NCBI RefSeq assembly: GCF_009914755.1
Contig: NC_060933.1
Direction: 5' to 3' (one strand)
Source of the DNA: the human T2T-CHM13v2.0 reference genome, Homo sapiens
DNA length: 64,000 nucleotides
In this document: positions 1-12,019 of the stretch, piece by piece
How the letters are laid out: each line of letters starts with the position of its first letter
Numbering within the stretch: position 1 is the stretch's first letter
Made by a program: the position numbers and the translations under genes
The notes under the pieces: generated by a model
What the model saw: the letters and a program-made list of their open reading frames with translations, nothing else
Database searches by the model: none
What the model was told of the DNA's origin: nothing

Positions 1-701
1 AAGCTAACACTGTCTATGTTTACTTGAGGGCTGAAAACTTGCACAGCTTCAAAGAAAATAGGCTATGTATAAGAATTTTTCTGGGGTAGAGAGAGGGGGC
101 GAAAGTTTTAGAAGTGTACCTAGATTATTTATAACCTATTCTGGTTTATAGCTTGCTGCTGCGTCAATTCTGTGATGCTGAAAAAGGTGCAAAGTCCACT
201 AGATACACCATGAATTGCTCATCTTGGTCTCTCGTATTGAGAAGCTAATTAGAGATAATTGGATTAACATTATTTTTCCTAAATCAAAGTATTCTGATAC
301 TCCTCTTTCCTAGTTTTATCTTTCTTTTGATCATAAGGAAATAAATGTATCCCTAACTTGTAACATTTGGGATCTTCATTCTCTTTAATTTTCATTTGCT
401 TTTTTTGTGCTTTCCTCGCCTCTAGCTTTCCTTACCATGATGTTTAAGACTGCTCATCATCTGGGCACAATCATGACCTCCTTTGTGGCCATTAGTACTG
501 TCCACATCTTCATTTCCTTTCTCCTGAGTGTCTCTGAGACATACAGCTAAACTGAATGTCTCAGAGCTCCTCATATAGGCTATTGTATCTGTTGGCTGTG
601 ACTGGTTGTTGCTTCCTGCCTCACAACCCATGACACTTCCCTGTCTAAACAAATAAGTATTACCCATACTTCAAGGCTCAGTTAAAATATTACTCCTTCA
701 T

Positions 702-1004
702 GGCCAAGTGTGGTGGCTCACACCTGTAATCCTGGCACTTTCAGAGGCTGAGGAGGGCAGACCACTTGAAGTCAGCAGTTCGAGACCTGACCAACATGTT
801 GACACCCCCTCTCTACTAAAAAATTAGCCAAGCGTGGAGGTACGTGCCTGTAAAAATTAGCGAAGCGTGGAGGTACGTACTTGGGAGGCTGAGGCAGGAG
901 AATCGCTCGAACCTGCAATCACGGAGGTTGCAGTGAGCCCAGATTGCGCCGCTGCACTCCAGCCTTGGTGACAGAGCAAGACTTTGTCTTAAAAAAAAAA
1001 AAAA
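702..1004 (+). mobile_element. Alu SINE (AluS-type) with internal rearrangement
   Basis: GGCCAAGTGTGGTGGCTCACACCTGTAATCC start; A-tail 991-1004; TSD-like TTACTCCTTCAT before and TTACACCTTCAT after. Confidence 0.95.
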
Positions 1005-1589
1005 TTACACCTTCATAATGAAACATTCCTTGAATTCCTTGATTGACACAGTCTGTAAGCAACATTGTCTTCATCTGAATTCCTATAATGTTCTATCTCC
1101 ACCACTCTTATGATTCCTAATGATCAAAACCCCGGAATTATAGTAATTTTTGCACATGCTTTCTCTTTAGTGCACTGTGAGCAACTTGAGGGGAGGAAGA
1201 ATTTTGACCTAATATGTTTATCCTCCCTGACATCCATGGAGTAACTTTTATGAAATAAGTATTCAGTAAGTACCTGTTAAACAAATCCTTTTATATGTGG
1301 GTAATTTTAATGCAGATCTGATCTGAAGACATTTGTCATACCTAGTACAGTTTTCTTTTTTTTTTTTTTTTTGTCAGGGGAGGCACAATAGTACATGCTT
1401 ATCTGGTGAGTGAAGGAGGAAAGAGTCACTAAAAATGTTTTTTATATGATTCATTGACGAAGAAGAAACACTGAATTGCCAGTTTTTTATATGATCTGTT
1501 TCTTTTAATTATATAGAAACAGCCTTGGTCAAGTAGGCCCTATAGGCTGGAGTTGATGCTGACTATATTGATATGATATGTGGAGTGTG

Positions 1590-2140
1590 TGAGACAGGAT
1601 GCTTAGCTCTAATTAATCTGAAACCCAGACTGACTGGCTTAAATAAAAGGGCAAATTTTTAATATACTTTGCAAGAAGTCTGGAGGTGGCGTAGCTCCAG
1701 GATCAATTAAATTCCTGTTTCGATGACATCAAAGACCTAGGTTCTTTGCTTTTAGCTTGTTGCCTTTGTTCTCCTGCTAGCTAAAATCTTCATGATTTTT
1801 AGTGGTTCTAGTAATCGTACGCAGGCACAATAATATCGAATGGAAAAAGAGGACAGGTATTCCTGTGTTTTTGACAGCAACAAAACCTATCCCAAGAGCC
1901 TGGCAGAAGTGTCCTCTTTATTTCTTACTAGCCAGGGTTGAGTCACATGACTATCCCTAAACCACTTCTGAGGAAGGCATTGGGATTACCATGTTGGATT
2001 AAGCTTTGAGGACTTAACTCTGATTTTGGAATAGGATCACCCTCATCTCTGGAAGGTGTGTACCACAGTGAAATCAGGATTCTGTTATTATGGGCAAAAA
2101 TATGTAATGACTTTTGGAAGGCAACATCAGTGTTGGGCAT
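1590..2140 (-). mobile_element. Old MaLR LTR (MLT1J/K/L-like), degraded
   Basis: Recalled MLT1 segments: ACTGGCTTAAATAAAAGGG, GATGACATCAAAGACCTAGGTTC, GTCACATGACTATCCCTAAACCA; boundaries approximate. Confidence 0.55.
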
Positions 2141-2169
2141 AAAGAGAATACAAATATTCCTTTATCTAG

Positions 2170-2410
2170 ATTGGTGATTATCAACTGTCAGCATGGGGAG
2201 GAAGGGACAATTTTGGCCTCCCTACCAACAGGGAGCATTTGCAATGTCTAGAGACATTCTTGGTCATATTTGTGGGGGTGGGAGAGGCTGCTACTGGTTT
2301 TGGGTGAGTAGAGACCGGGAATGCATCTTGCAATGCACAGGACAGCCCCCCACCACAACAAAGAGTTATCTTGCCCCAGATGTCAATAGTGCTGAGGTTG
2401 AGAATTCCTG
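2170..2410 (+). mobile_element. MER20 (hAT-Charlie MITE)
   Basis: CATTTGCAATGTCTAGAGACATT...AATGCACAGGACAGCCCCCACCACAACAAAGAGTTATC...GTCAATAGTGCTGAGGTTGAGAATTCCTG matches the recalled MER20 consensus. Confidence 0.9.
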
Positions 2411-3229
2411 ACATGGATATAATTGCCCTCCGGGGCTGACACATTGTCAAAAAATCTTACTATTTATTTATAACGTTGATTTGAGACAGTGAGGACCAGT
2501 GTTCATATATATTTTACTTTGGAGGACTAATACACCAATAAATTATCATCCATTAAAACAATAGCAAAAATATTTCATCAAATTACCTTGCCATCCACTT
2601 AATAAGACCCTAGGGAAGTGAATGTGACCTATAACAGAGTAGGATTTGACAATGAGACTGAAGTCAAAGAATAAATTCAGGAGACCCAACTATGGCACGT
2701 ACAATCACTATTTCCTTAATGCAGTAAAAAATGACCAAGGGCCAAGAAAATGGAGAGAAATACTATCTATGCTACTATTTACATAGTAGGCATCACCCAA
2801 GGAAAAGTATAGCATATATTATAATAATTTTCCAGATTAGAAAACTGGGTTTCGGTGATGTTAAGAGAATGAAAAAGCAGTAAGTTCAAGAGAAAAAAAG
2901 CTTTTGTTTTCAAATTTTCTAATAAGTGAATCATTTTCTCTTTTTAGACAGTTTTTCCATTCCATTCTGAATAAATGAGGAGGCCTTATCACTTAAGAGA
3001 AATTGTAAATATACCAGTTCAAATTTTGAGACTGGCAAGTTCTATAAACAGCACTTGTCATGCCTCCTCTCCATCGTTTTACTGACTTGTCTTTGAAATT
3101 ATAGCTGATTCTGTAGATCAATGTGTCAGACTTCTTGAAGATGATTTTCTTTCGAAGCTGTAGTCATGCATTACTTATATCCTGTATAGCTTCTAGCACA
3201 ATAAGCTACATATTGTGAATAAAATGGAC

Positions 3230-3620
3230 ATTTTACAATTTTTTGGCTGTCCAGCTTCCAATCCCCCTTAGTACCGAGGGAGAATACACTATTACATTGA
3301 GAAGCAGAACTCTGCCTCCTCCTAACAAGAAAGCTGAAGTATGCATACTCCCGCTTTTCATTGCGTTGTAGTTACCGGGACAAGAGTCATGTGACTGAAG
3401 TATCACCAATGTGATGTTCTCCTTTCAGATTTTGGAAGCCAATGTTTCTAGATAATGTAGTTACAAGATGAAAACTGTATGGGTTCTTAAGTCTGTACTT
3501 GGAGAAGAGCTTTCTGGAAGAACTGCATGCCCTAAAGTAGATTGTGTGAAATATCAAGCCAGTAAGATTGAAGGTATTATTTGTTCCTGCAACCTAGCCA
3601 AGTCTATCCTGACTAATGCA
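3230..3620 (+). mobile_element. Degraded ERVL-class LTR (LTR16/LTR40-like)
   Basis: CATGTGACT...CACCAAT motif and LTR-type end CCTGACTAATGCA. Confidence 0.4.
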
Positions 3621-5299
3621 TTGATGAAAAATATTTGTCAATTAATGTGCTTAAAAAATAATTACTCAGTGAAATGGAATAGTGAAGACTAAAGGACAAA
3701 AGTTTTGTAGTCCAAGAGTACTACTTGGAACTTCAGTTCTATCACTTACTAATTGTGTGACTTCAGGCATTAGTTCAAAGAAACCTGAAGGTAAGTACTA
3801 GGTAATGTTTTTTAATTTTTACTATAAAGAGGGAGGCTATGAGTCCAGAAAAACTTGAGGGAGATAAATCCCATTAAAGCCCTCTCTGCTCCAAGACAAC
3901 ATAATTACCAAGGAAACATCTTATTTTAGTTCTCCAAAATGGTTTCTCTATTTTTCTCTGGAAATTATTCTGTTGTGTTTCACACACAAACTAATCTCTT
4001 GCGAATGTGGAAGACACAAGCCTCATTCATGCCTTGATGAGCTGAAACGCCACGCTTCAAGTCTGGCAGCTGGAAGTTACAGTTCTGTAGCTCATAGAAT
4101 AACCTTGAGTCTTCTTGTCCCCATCCAGCTATCTCCATTCTTTGATGCAGAACCCTCAAACAGTCGCCCAGTTGGTTCAGATTTAAAGCCTTACTGCCTG
4201 TTGCCCCCTCATTTTGCATCCTTAAAGCAGCATGATGAAAATTCAGTGTTACGCAACCTGAAACTAGCATTTCACAGACATTATTCTTTTGTGCCAAAGA
4301 GCTCACTCTAATATAATGTCCAATCTTCCCACAATTATCACATTTCCTCTCCCTGCTGAACACTCTGAAGCATTTTTGCTAAGTAGTTTCAGAACCGCAG
4401 TGGAAACAGTCCTGGTCTCTGGTGGTCAGATTTGCAAATTTATCCCCAATCATTGTAAATCCTGTACCTGTACTTCACATATACAAAAAGCCTACTGTTA
4501 TGCCAGACAGGCAAGTGGGTTATTCTGAGGTGCCCTCTTTGCCATTAGTCTTACTGCAATGGGACTGTGGTGCGTTGAACTAGAACTCCCAACAGCTCCC
4601 AATGCTGCCTGCTGCCTCAATGAATTTTGTATTAGCAGGCAAATGAAACACTCAACCAAGTGAAAGGAATTCATAATGTTGAGGCATCTTAGGATAAGAA
4701 TGTGCTGTGCATTTTGCAGAAAGGATCGTGGCTATCAATGTTCAATGACTAATCTAGATAAATCGCCACTTTACGACACATGTGGCCTCAAGTCGTTTAA
4801 ATTAGTGGAGTTCAGCTATAGAACACCAGCTGAACTGGAGCCTACAAATTCATATGCTTCCTACACATGCATAAATGCTAAATGATAAGCTTGGTAATGA
4901 TTGGGAGCCCCTCATTTCTGAGAGACTGATAAGCCAGTACAGTGTTTCTTTGCTGAGTGTTAATTAGGACAGTGTAATAAAGCTTCAGAAGTAGTCTTCC
5001 AAACAAGATAGTTTGAATTAATGTTTATGAAAGCTCTTTATTAATCTGAAAATGCTCTTCAAAGGTAATATGGGAAAAGCTTTTTTACCCTTAATGTGGC
5101 ATTTTAGTAAATACCACAAATCTTTCCATTTTATACCTATTCTCATTATAACCACAGCCAAAGCCTTAAAAAAAATGTAACAACTTACCCAATATGTCTT
5201 CACCATTATTTTCTTCCATGTCTCCCTTAAGCAATGCTTTAGCCCTGGAATTTGTTGGTGAGATTATCACCTTTAGGGGGTCCTTTTCAGTAGACCTAT

Positions 5300-6100
5300 A
5301 CAGTTTAGAGGTGGAAGGTACTCAGAGATGTTCTTTTCAAACCATCTTATCCTGCAAAATAGAAAACTGAAGCTCTGCTTACTATAAATTGAACTAGCAC
5401 CACAATTGATGACCAAGAAAGCTCATGCAATATTGGGCTGAATTGGAACATGATTACACAAATGGTGATGGTTTCCCTATATTCTGAACTGCCCAGGTTG
5501 CTCTTATAGCATTGTGTTTATTTCTGAGTGCAACTAATTAAGAGGGACATTGGAAGGAAGAGCTGATTCGTGGAAACAGGCCCATGATAGTAAGAGATTT
5601 CGAAATCATGCCAAAAAACAGTTGATGGATCTTTGCGCAAAGGAGGACTTGGGAAGAACTTGACAGTTGTCTTTGGATTAAGGAAGGGAGGTCATGTGGA
5701 GACTTGGTCAGCAGGAGTTAAAGGAGATAGAGAAGCCTCTGAGCTTACATGCAGTTTGTGTGAATGGGAACATTTATACCTTTGGGTGGAGTAGGTCCAT
5801 AGAATTAATGAGATTCTCAAAGACTAAAGACCAATGTGCTATACTTTTCCCTGTGTGGCTAAAGAGGGCAGAACAATGACTAATAGCTCTAAGTTGCAAG
5901 GAGGCAACATCCGACTATATAAGCAATAACATTTTAAAAATTGGAGTTGTCTTTATATGGACTGGTCTGGCCTGCAGGAGTGGTATTTCTGATCACTTGA
6001 CATTTCTAAGTCCCAGACTTATCAAGAGTGGTATAGAGAAGATTGATGTGTCAGAGCAGGGTTTGATTAAACTGCTTCTGTGGTTCATACCAATTTTGAG
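5300..6100 (+). mobile_element. L3/CR1 LINE remnants
   Basis: CCCTATATTCTG...TTGTGTTTATTTCTGAGTGCAAC...AAGAGGGACATTG resembles the CR1/L3 ORF2 3' region; very diverged. Confidence 0.5.
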
Positions 6101-6569
6101 TTTCAGGGATTCTGTAACTCACAGAGATCACATGACCCTTACAAATCATGAACTTACTTTATGGGGTGGATCCAAGCTATCTGTGGTTCTTTCTCTTTGT
6201 CTTCCTGTTACTGATTTCTCCTGGCTTAAAATAAGCATATTTAGATCAAAGATCCTCAACAGAAACCATTCAAATACTCAAGTGACTCCCTAGCCACATT
6301 TTAGTAAGGAATACTTTTCATTTCGATATTAATATACATCTTATATGAAAACTCTAAATATATGGGGACACCAAGTCAGGAGACCTCATAGGTTGTTGTT
6401 CTTCGTGAAGTATAATAAGAACTCTATTTGGCTGAGAGAAAAAAAAAACACAATCTGGTCATTGTATAATTTATTGCAAAATTAGAAATTATTAATAAAA
6501 ACGATTACTTTATTACTACTTATGTATGTAATGTATGTGTTACTTTATATTACATGTAAGTATTCCTGA

Positions 6570-6810
6570 ATATTTACTAGGCCCTAGATGTAGAAACTAG
6601 CACTTTACAGGTATACTCTCACAGTCTTTACTATGAATACAGTCTTTACTATATTCAATTAAGACAGCATTATTGTTAAGCCTATGTTACAAATGAGGAA
6701 ATTAAAGTCTATAGGAGTCACACAGTGAGTAACTCTTGGGGCTAGGATTTGAACTTAGGTCTCTTTCGTTCCTGAGTCTGTGTCTCAATCGTTTGACTAT
6801 TCTGCCTTCC
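6570..6810 (-). mobile_element. MIR SINE
   Basis: TTACAAATGAGGAAATTAA...GTCACACAG...GGATTTGAACTTAGGTCT core. Confidence 0.7.
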
Positions 6811-6889
6811 CTATTTACTGAGTGGTGAAGTTGGTTAGATGATAAAATTACTACACAGGCACCGTGGTGTGGAACAGTTTCAATTAGGT

Positions 6890-7440
6890 TGCATGGTGGC
6901 TTGGTGGTTGTTGATTTGGCTAGCCTGAGCCACATTTTCCAGAACTCCCTTCCCTGTGTTCAGCCACATAGGGTGGGCCATAAGAGGTAGCCTGTGGGAG
7001 ATTCAGAGGGTGGAAGGGAAGCAGCAGCCACGTTGCAGCTCCCATGCGGTGGGTACCCCTTCTCTGCTGGCTCACCTCATTGGTGCGAGACAGTGGCTGA
7101 GCTTAGATCTGCTCACTGCCCCCTGCATCCTCCTTCAGCTCTTCCAACTCCTGTGCCAAGTGTGTATGTTGATGACAAATGCTGGCCCCACTACCAGCTA
7201 CTGCAGGACACTCATACTATTAAGGTCAAGGTCAGAGTCAATAAGAACTTTCGTGGGCTTTATACCTTGTGGGGTTCCAACCTTTCCTGCTTTCAGGAAA
7301 TTCTGAAATTTCAGAGTTCTGACTGCTTCTGCTTTCAGGCTTCTAAAGTACTCCCAAGGACAATGGCCTTATAGAGGTGGCTTAACCAGCTCCTACAATT
7401 GCACAAGTTAAATCGTGCAACAAACTCATCCCCACTCACA
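6890..7440 (+). mobile_element. Ancient LTR (LTR78/LTR79-like; family name uncertain)
   Basis: GGCTAGCCTGAGCCACATTTTCCAGAACTCCCTTCCCTG...GGGTGGGCCA; the same block appears reversed at 52950-53010. Confidence 0.5.
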
Positions 7441-7596
7441 CCAGCCTACTTCCATCAGCCAGCCAAGGTTTGATCTTATTCATAATTTTCACTGCTTTTC
7501 TGATTAAATGACCAAAGAATACAAGTACACTGGGGATGACCTTGATTTGTGGATTTAAGCTGGCACAGTTCCTGTCTTCTGTTGTTACAGCCCTGA

Positions 7597-7902
<306 letters not shown>

Positions 7903-8084
7903 CTACAGTCCTCATTTCTGGTCCGTAGAAACATCCAGTGAAATCTATGAGGCAGTAAATCTGCCTCTTCATATTTAATCCCCAAGAGAAGAGAAACATG
8001 GGATATTAACAGAGTGGGAGAACAGTATGGCCAGAAGTGAACACTTTCAACCCACAGGAGGCAGGCTAGAGATGGCAGAGTCAG

Positions 8085-8300
8085 GCTGCAGGGTTTGAGT
8101 GGTTCTTCAGGTTCTTCTTCAACATATATGCTGTGTGATGCCAAGCAAATTACTTAACTTCTCTGGGCCTGTCTCCTCCCCTGCTAAACGGGATAATGTT
8201 AATATCTACCTCATAGGGCATGTGAGGATTAAACCTGGTAACATATGTGAAGTGCTTAGAACAATGTAACCTTTATATTCATGTTTATTATTGTTATTAT
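8085..8300 (+). mobile_element. MIR SINE
   Basis: GCTGTGTGA...AATTACTTAACTTCTCTGGGCCT...TACCTCATAGGG...GTGAGGATTAAA...AAGTGCTTAGAACA. Confidence 0.85.
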
Positions 8301-8461
8301 AGGAGAGAGGAGTGGTCTGTAATCTTTTTTCTGTTTTGATTTCTTCTGGCTTCTCAGGGAGTGAAAACCTGAGCTGCAAGTGTGCTCTACAGACTTTCTT
8401 CAGGCCTTTTCTGTTCCCTCAATACTCACTCCTCTTCTATTTGACTCTATCTTGCCTCTCT

Positions 8462-8755
<294 letters not shown>

Positions 8756-9277
8756 TATCTTGCCTCTCTTTAATTGTTTTTTTGGGGGTCAAGAAAGGGA
8801 AACAGGTGAATGGAGAAGTTACGATAGAGTTGCAGGGATAAGAGCCAAGGATGAAACTAAAGAAAAGAGTTTCAATTAACTTCTCTCCTTACAGCAATCT
8901 AAGGAGAATAGGGGCTGTGACATACACGGGGAACATGATGGTCTCAGCTGAAAGGGACTTATGCCAGTGTCAGGCCTTCATGATAACCAGGATCTGGGCA
9001 GAGTTTGCAGATTCTAACTGTGTGCTATGTGCTCAGACACACTGAAAAGGGGGTTGAATGGGGGTGGAAAGTACTGTTCTTATCCTACAATTGAACCCTT
9101 TCAAGTTCCTTTAAAAAATAAGTGGTACCCCCTCCTGCTGCCCGCCCTTACACATTTTAGTGTATTTTTCTCTGGCCTTGTCTGGAACAGCTCACCTTTT
9201 CTGGCTGTACAAGATAGGAGAAACCTTTTGACTGCAGCTGCTTGTTTGGGATGATACAGGGCCCGAGCAGACATTTA

Positions 9278-9337
9278 TTCTTTTTCTTTCTTTCTTTTTC
9301 TTTTTCCTCTTCTCTTCTCTCTTCTTTTCTTTTCTTA
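9278..9337. repeat. Pyrimidine microsatellite (TTTC/TTCTC)n
   Basis: Read directly from the sequence. Confidence 0.9.
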
Positions 9338-9932
9338 GAAGACAGCCTCTTCCCATCCCTCTGGAGTTACTTCATGCCAAAGTGGCTGCTATCTGGCAAC
9401 CAGGTGGTCTAGGGTGGTCAAGTTTCAAATGTCATCACGCAAAAGGCAGTTACAAGGACTGAAGTCAAGGATTGAAATGCCAGACCTTAAGTGTCCCTCA
9501 AATACATGTTTTCCCAACTAGTGACTTGCCACAGAAATAAACAGCAATTATGCAAAAGTCACCCCCCTCCCTGCAGCTCCAATTTTCTCCTGGTGTTCCA
9601 AAGTCATTACATGGAGTACTTTGTGATAAAAAGATGTCTCCGTGTGGCCCACTTAGTATTTCAAAGCATAGAAATGAAAGACAGTGGGGCACACATGCTG
9701 CAGAACCACTAAATGACAGAATCATCACTGGCCTAGTTTTTGAGTCACTGTGACAGACACAAGGGGATTGCTTTTAAAGTCGCTGATGACACATCAGGAA
9801 AAGGGAAGAAGATGTCTCTGCTTTAGAAAAGAGACTTAAAGAATCTTACTTTCTGACTGGAAATGCGTTTTGAATTGAGACTATTTTTTAGATGGTGCAT
9901 AGAAAATGAAAGGCAAATGACAGGGTACTTAC

Positions 9933-10038
9933 CTGAAGACCCCGATAGAGACACCTTATCCAACAGCCGGTGAGTGTACCAGCAGAGAGAATGGGGCACA
10001 CATTTTGAGATTTAGGGTGCTGGGGATGGCATCAGTTA
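9933..10038 (-). other. Candidate non-coding exon (106 nt)
   Basis: Minus-strand acceptor TTTCCTCTGCAG| and perfect donor CAG|GTAAGT; stops in all three frames. Confidence 0.35.
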
Positions 10039-10586
10039 CTGCAGAGGAAATTTCACCACTGAGCAATGAGCCAAAGCAAACATTACTATGTGACTATTAT
10101 AGGCTGCTGTAATTCAGTCCTCGCCATGAACAGCAAATGAGTCAAGCTAACTAATGCAGAGGGTTGGACTCGTTTTCTTTTGAGGAGTCCTGGGAGAATT
10201 TCCATAGTGTCTTTTTGTTCATGCAACCCAGTTCTTTTCTTGCTTGTATGGTTACTCATCCATCTCTGGATCTGGAAGGATCAGTAAATGAGAGGATGAA
10301 CTCTCAGAAAGCACACGGTCAGCTTTTGATGATTCCGAGAGGGAAGAGTGAAGGTCTCACAGTCCTCTGTATTTAATATTTGGCTCTTGGGGAAAGCTGG
10401 TAGCTCAAGTTGTATAAAACTTGCACAGAACTCCTAAATGAAAGGGGGTAAAAAAGCTCACCATAATTCATTCTTTCACTGAAGCAAGCAAATCAACAAA
10501 CAAATCTGTATTATATGCCCTCATTGAGTCATTGTGTTGGTAAGGATCTCTAGGGTAATCCCCTTTTAGAATTGTTGCTATGTCTC

Positions 10587-10867
10587 TCCTGGGCGCCGTG
10601 GCTCATGCCTGTAATCCCAGCACTTTGGGAGGCCAAGGCAGGTGGATCATGAGGTCAGAAGATGGAGACCAGCCTGGCTAACATGGTGAAACCCCATCTC
10701 TACTAAACATACAAAAAAATTAGCCGGGCATGGTGGCGGGTGCCTGTAGTTCCAGCTACTCAGGAGGCTGAGGCAGGAGAATGGCATGAACCCAGGAGGC
10801 GGAGCTTATAGTGAGCGGAGATCGCGCCACTGGACTCCAGCCTGGGTGACAGAGCAAGTCTCCGTGT

Positions 10868-10914
<47 letters not shown>
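10587..10914 (+). mobile_element. AluY-type SINE with (CA)23 tail
   Basis: AluY diagnostics GGATCATGAGG, GAATGGCATGAACC, GGAGCTT; perfect TSD AATTGTTGCTATGTCTC at 10570 and 10916. Confidence 0.95.
10869..10914. repeat. (CA)23 microsatellite
   Basis: Uninterrupted CA run, read directly. Confidence 0.98.
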
Positions 10915-10918
<4 letters not shown>

Positions 10919-11040
10919 TGTTGCTATGTCTCAAAATCTTTTTCAAGACTATCTATTACGTTACTTGAAATCTGCAGACCTTGAAGTGTAAAAAGTAGCT
11001 GATTAAATGTAGCAGTTTGAATTTTGATGCAATATGGACT

Positions 11041-11293
11041 TGGCAGCTTTAGAAAATAAAAATACCGGGCTCCCCATAAAATTTGAATTTCAGATAAACA
11101 GTGAATTTTTTTTAGAATAAATATGTCTCAAGTATTGCATGGGCCATATGTCTATGTAAAATCCATTGTTCAACTAAATACTTACACTAAAAATATTTGT
11201 TTTTTTAAAAATTCAATTTTAATTGAAATAAAATTCAATTTTATTCAAAATAAAATTCAATTTTAACTGGGAGTCCAGTATTTTATCTGGCAA
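11041..11293. mobile_element. MER53 palindromic MITE
   Basis: AAATTTGAATTTCAGATAAACA...TATGTCTCAAGTATTGCATGGGCCATA...AACTGGGAGTCCAGTATTTTATCTGGCAA. Confidence 0.85.
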
Positions 11294-12019
11294 ATATAGT
11301 GCCATACGAACTTTAAATTGTAAGAGTGTAATTGGCTCTTAGGTAAATATTTTAAGGGAGTGGATGGATGTGTGTGTGTGGGGAACATTCACTTCTGCCT
11401 GGGCAACCTTGCTTCAAAATACCAGGCCCTTCTCCTTAAGAGGAAGAATAACTCTCTGTTGTCCTGGTAACAGAGCAGTCTGTGGTCAACCCTCCAGGGC
11501 AGCCTGAGGCCTGGGGTGCTGCTGTCCTCCCAAGGAGATCTGCTGGTGAGGAGCTGTTTTCCACCAGGCTCTGTGGAGATCTGCAGACTGAAACAAGGCC
11601 TCCATCCTACCAGTATGCAGCAAGTTCTGTTGGGAGCACCGAGAACTTAGAATATGTCACTCCCCTTTTTTTCCCACTGATACTAGAGAAAAAGAGAGCT
11701 GCCTTGGGACTTGCTGTTGCATATACTCATGGTCTGTGTTTTCTATGTATGGCCAGCCAACCACTCCAACCTGAAAATTTATCTTTAACTGGTTGTATGC
11801 AGACATTCAAGTGTAGTGGAAAGATGGCAGTACAGTAGTGAAGTGGGAAGTTGGGCCACAAAAATGTTTGATAATGATTTCTATTGGCTTTGGGGACACT
11901 ATTTTGTGGGCCCCTGAATAAATTCAGTTGTTTTAGAATACAATTTTGGAAAAAAACATATTTTTGTAGGTCTTAAAGTGAGAAAAAGAAGCTGGAATGT
12001 TTTTGACTGTCCAATATTT

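Noticed and set aside
1343-1395. Orphan poly-T with TAGTACA on both sides, a possible micro-retroinsertion
   Set aside because: A 7-bp match is too short, and the body is unidentifiable.
3788-3796. Perfect plus-strand donor AAG|GTAAGT (also near 29442)
   Set aside because: No convincing paired acceptor, and isolated 9-mers are expected in 64 kb.
3973-4528. Overlapping 79-127 aa ORFs in unique DNA, one with a CX2CX4H-like start (CDNCGKIGH)
   Set aside because: The zinc knuckle lacks its fourth ligand, there is no further gag-like similarity, and the starts are weak. Consistent with chance.
6621-6652. Short direct repeats (also 44881-44901, 58666-58703, 59915-59952)
   Set aside because: Two-copy slippage duplications in AT-rich DNA, with no array or spacer structure and nothing CRISPR-like.
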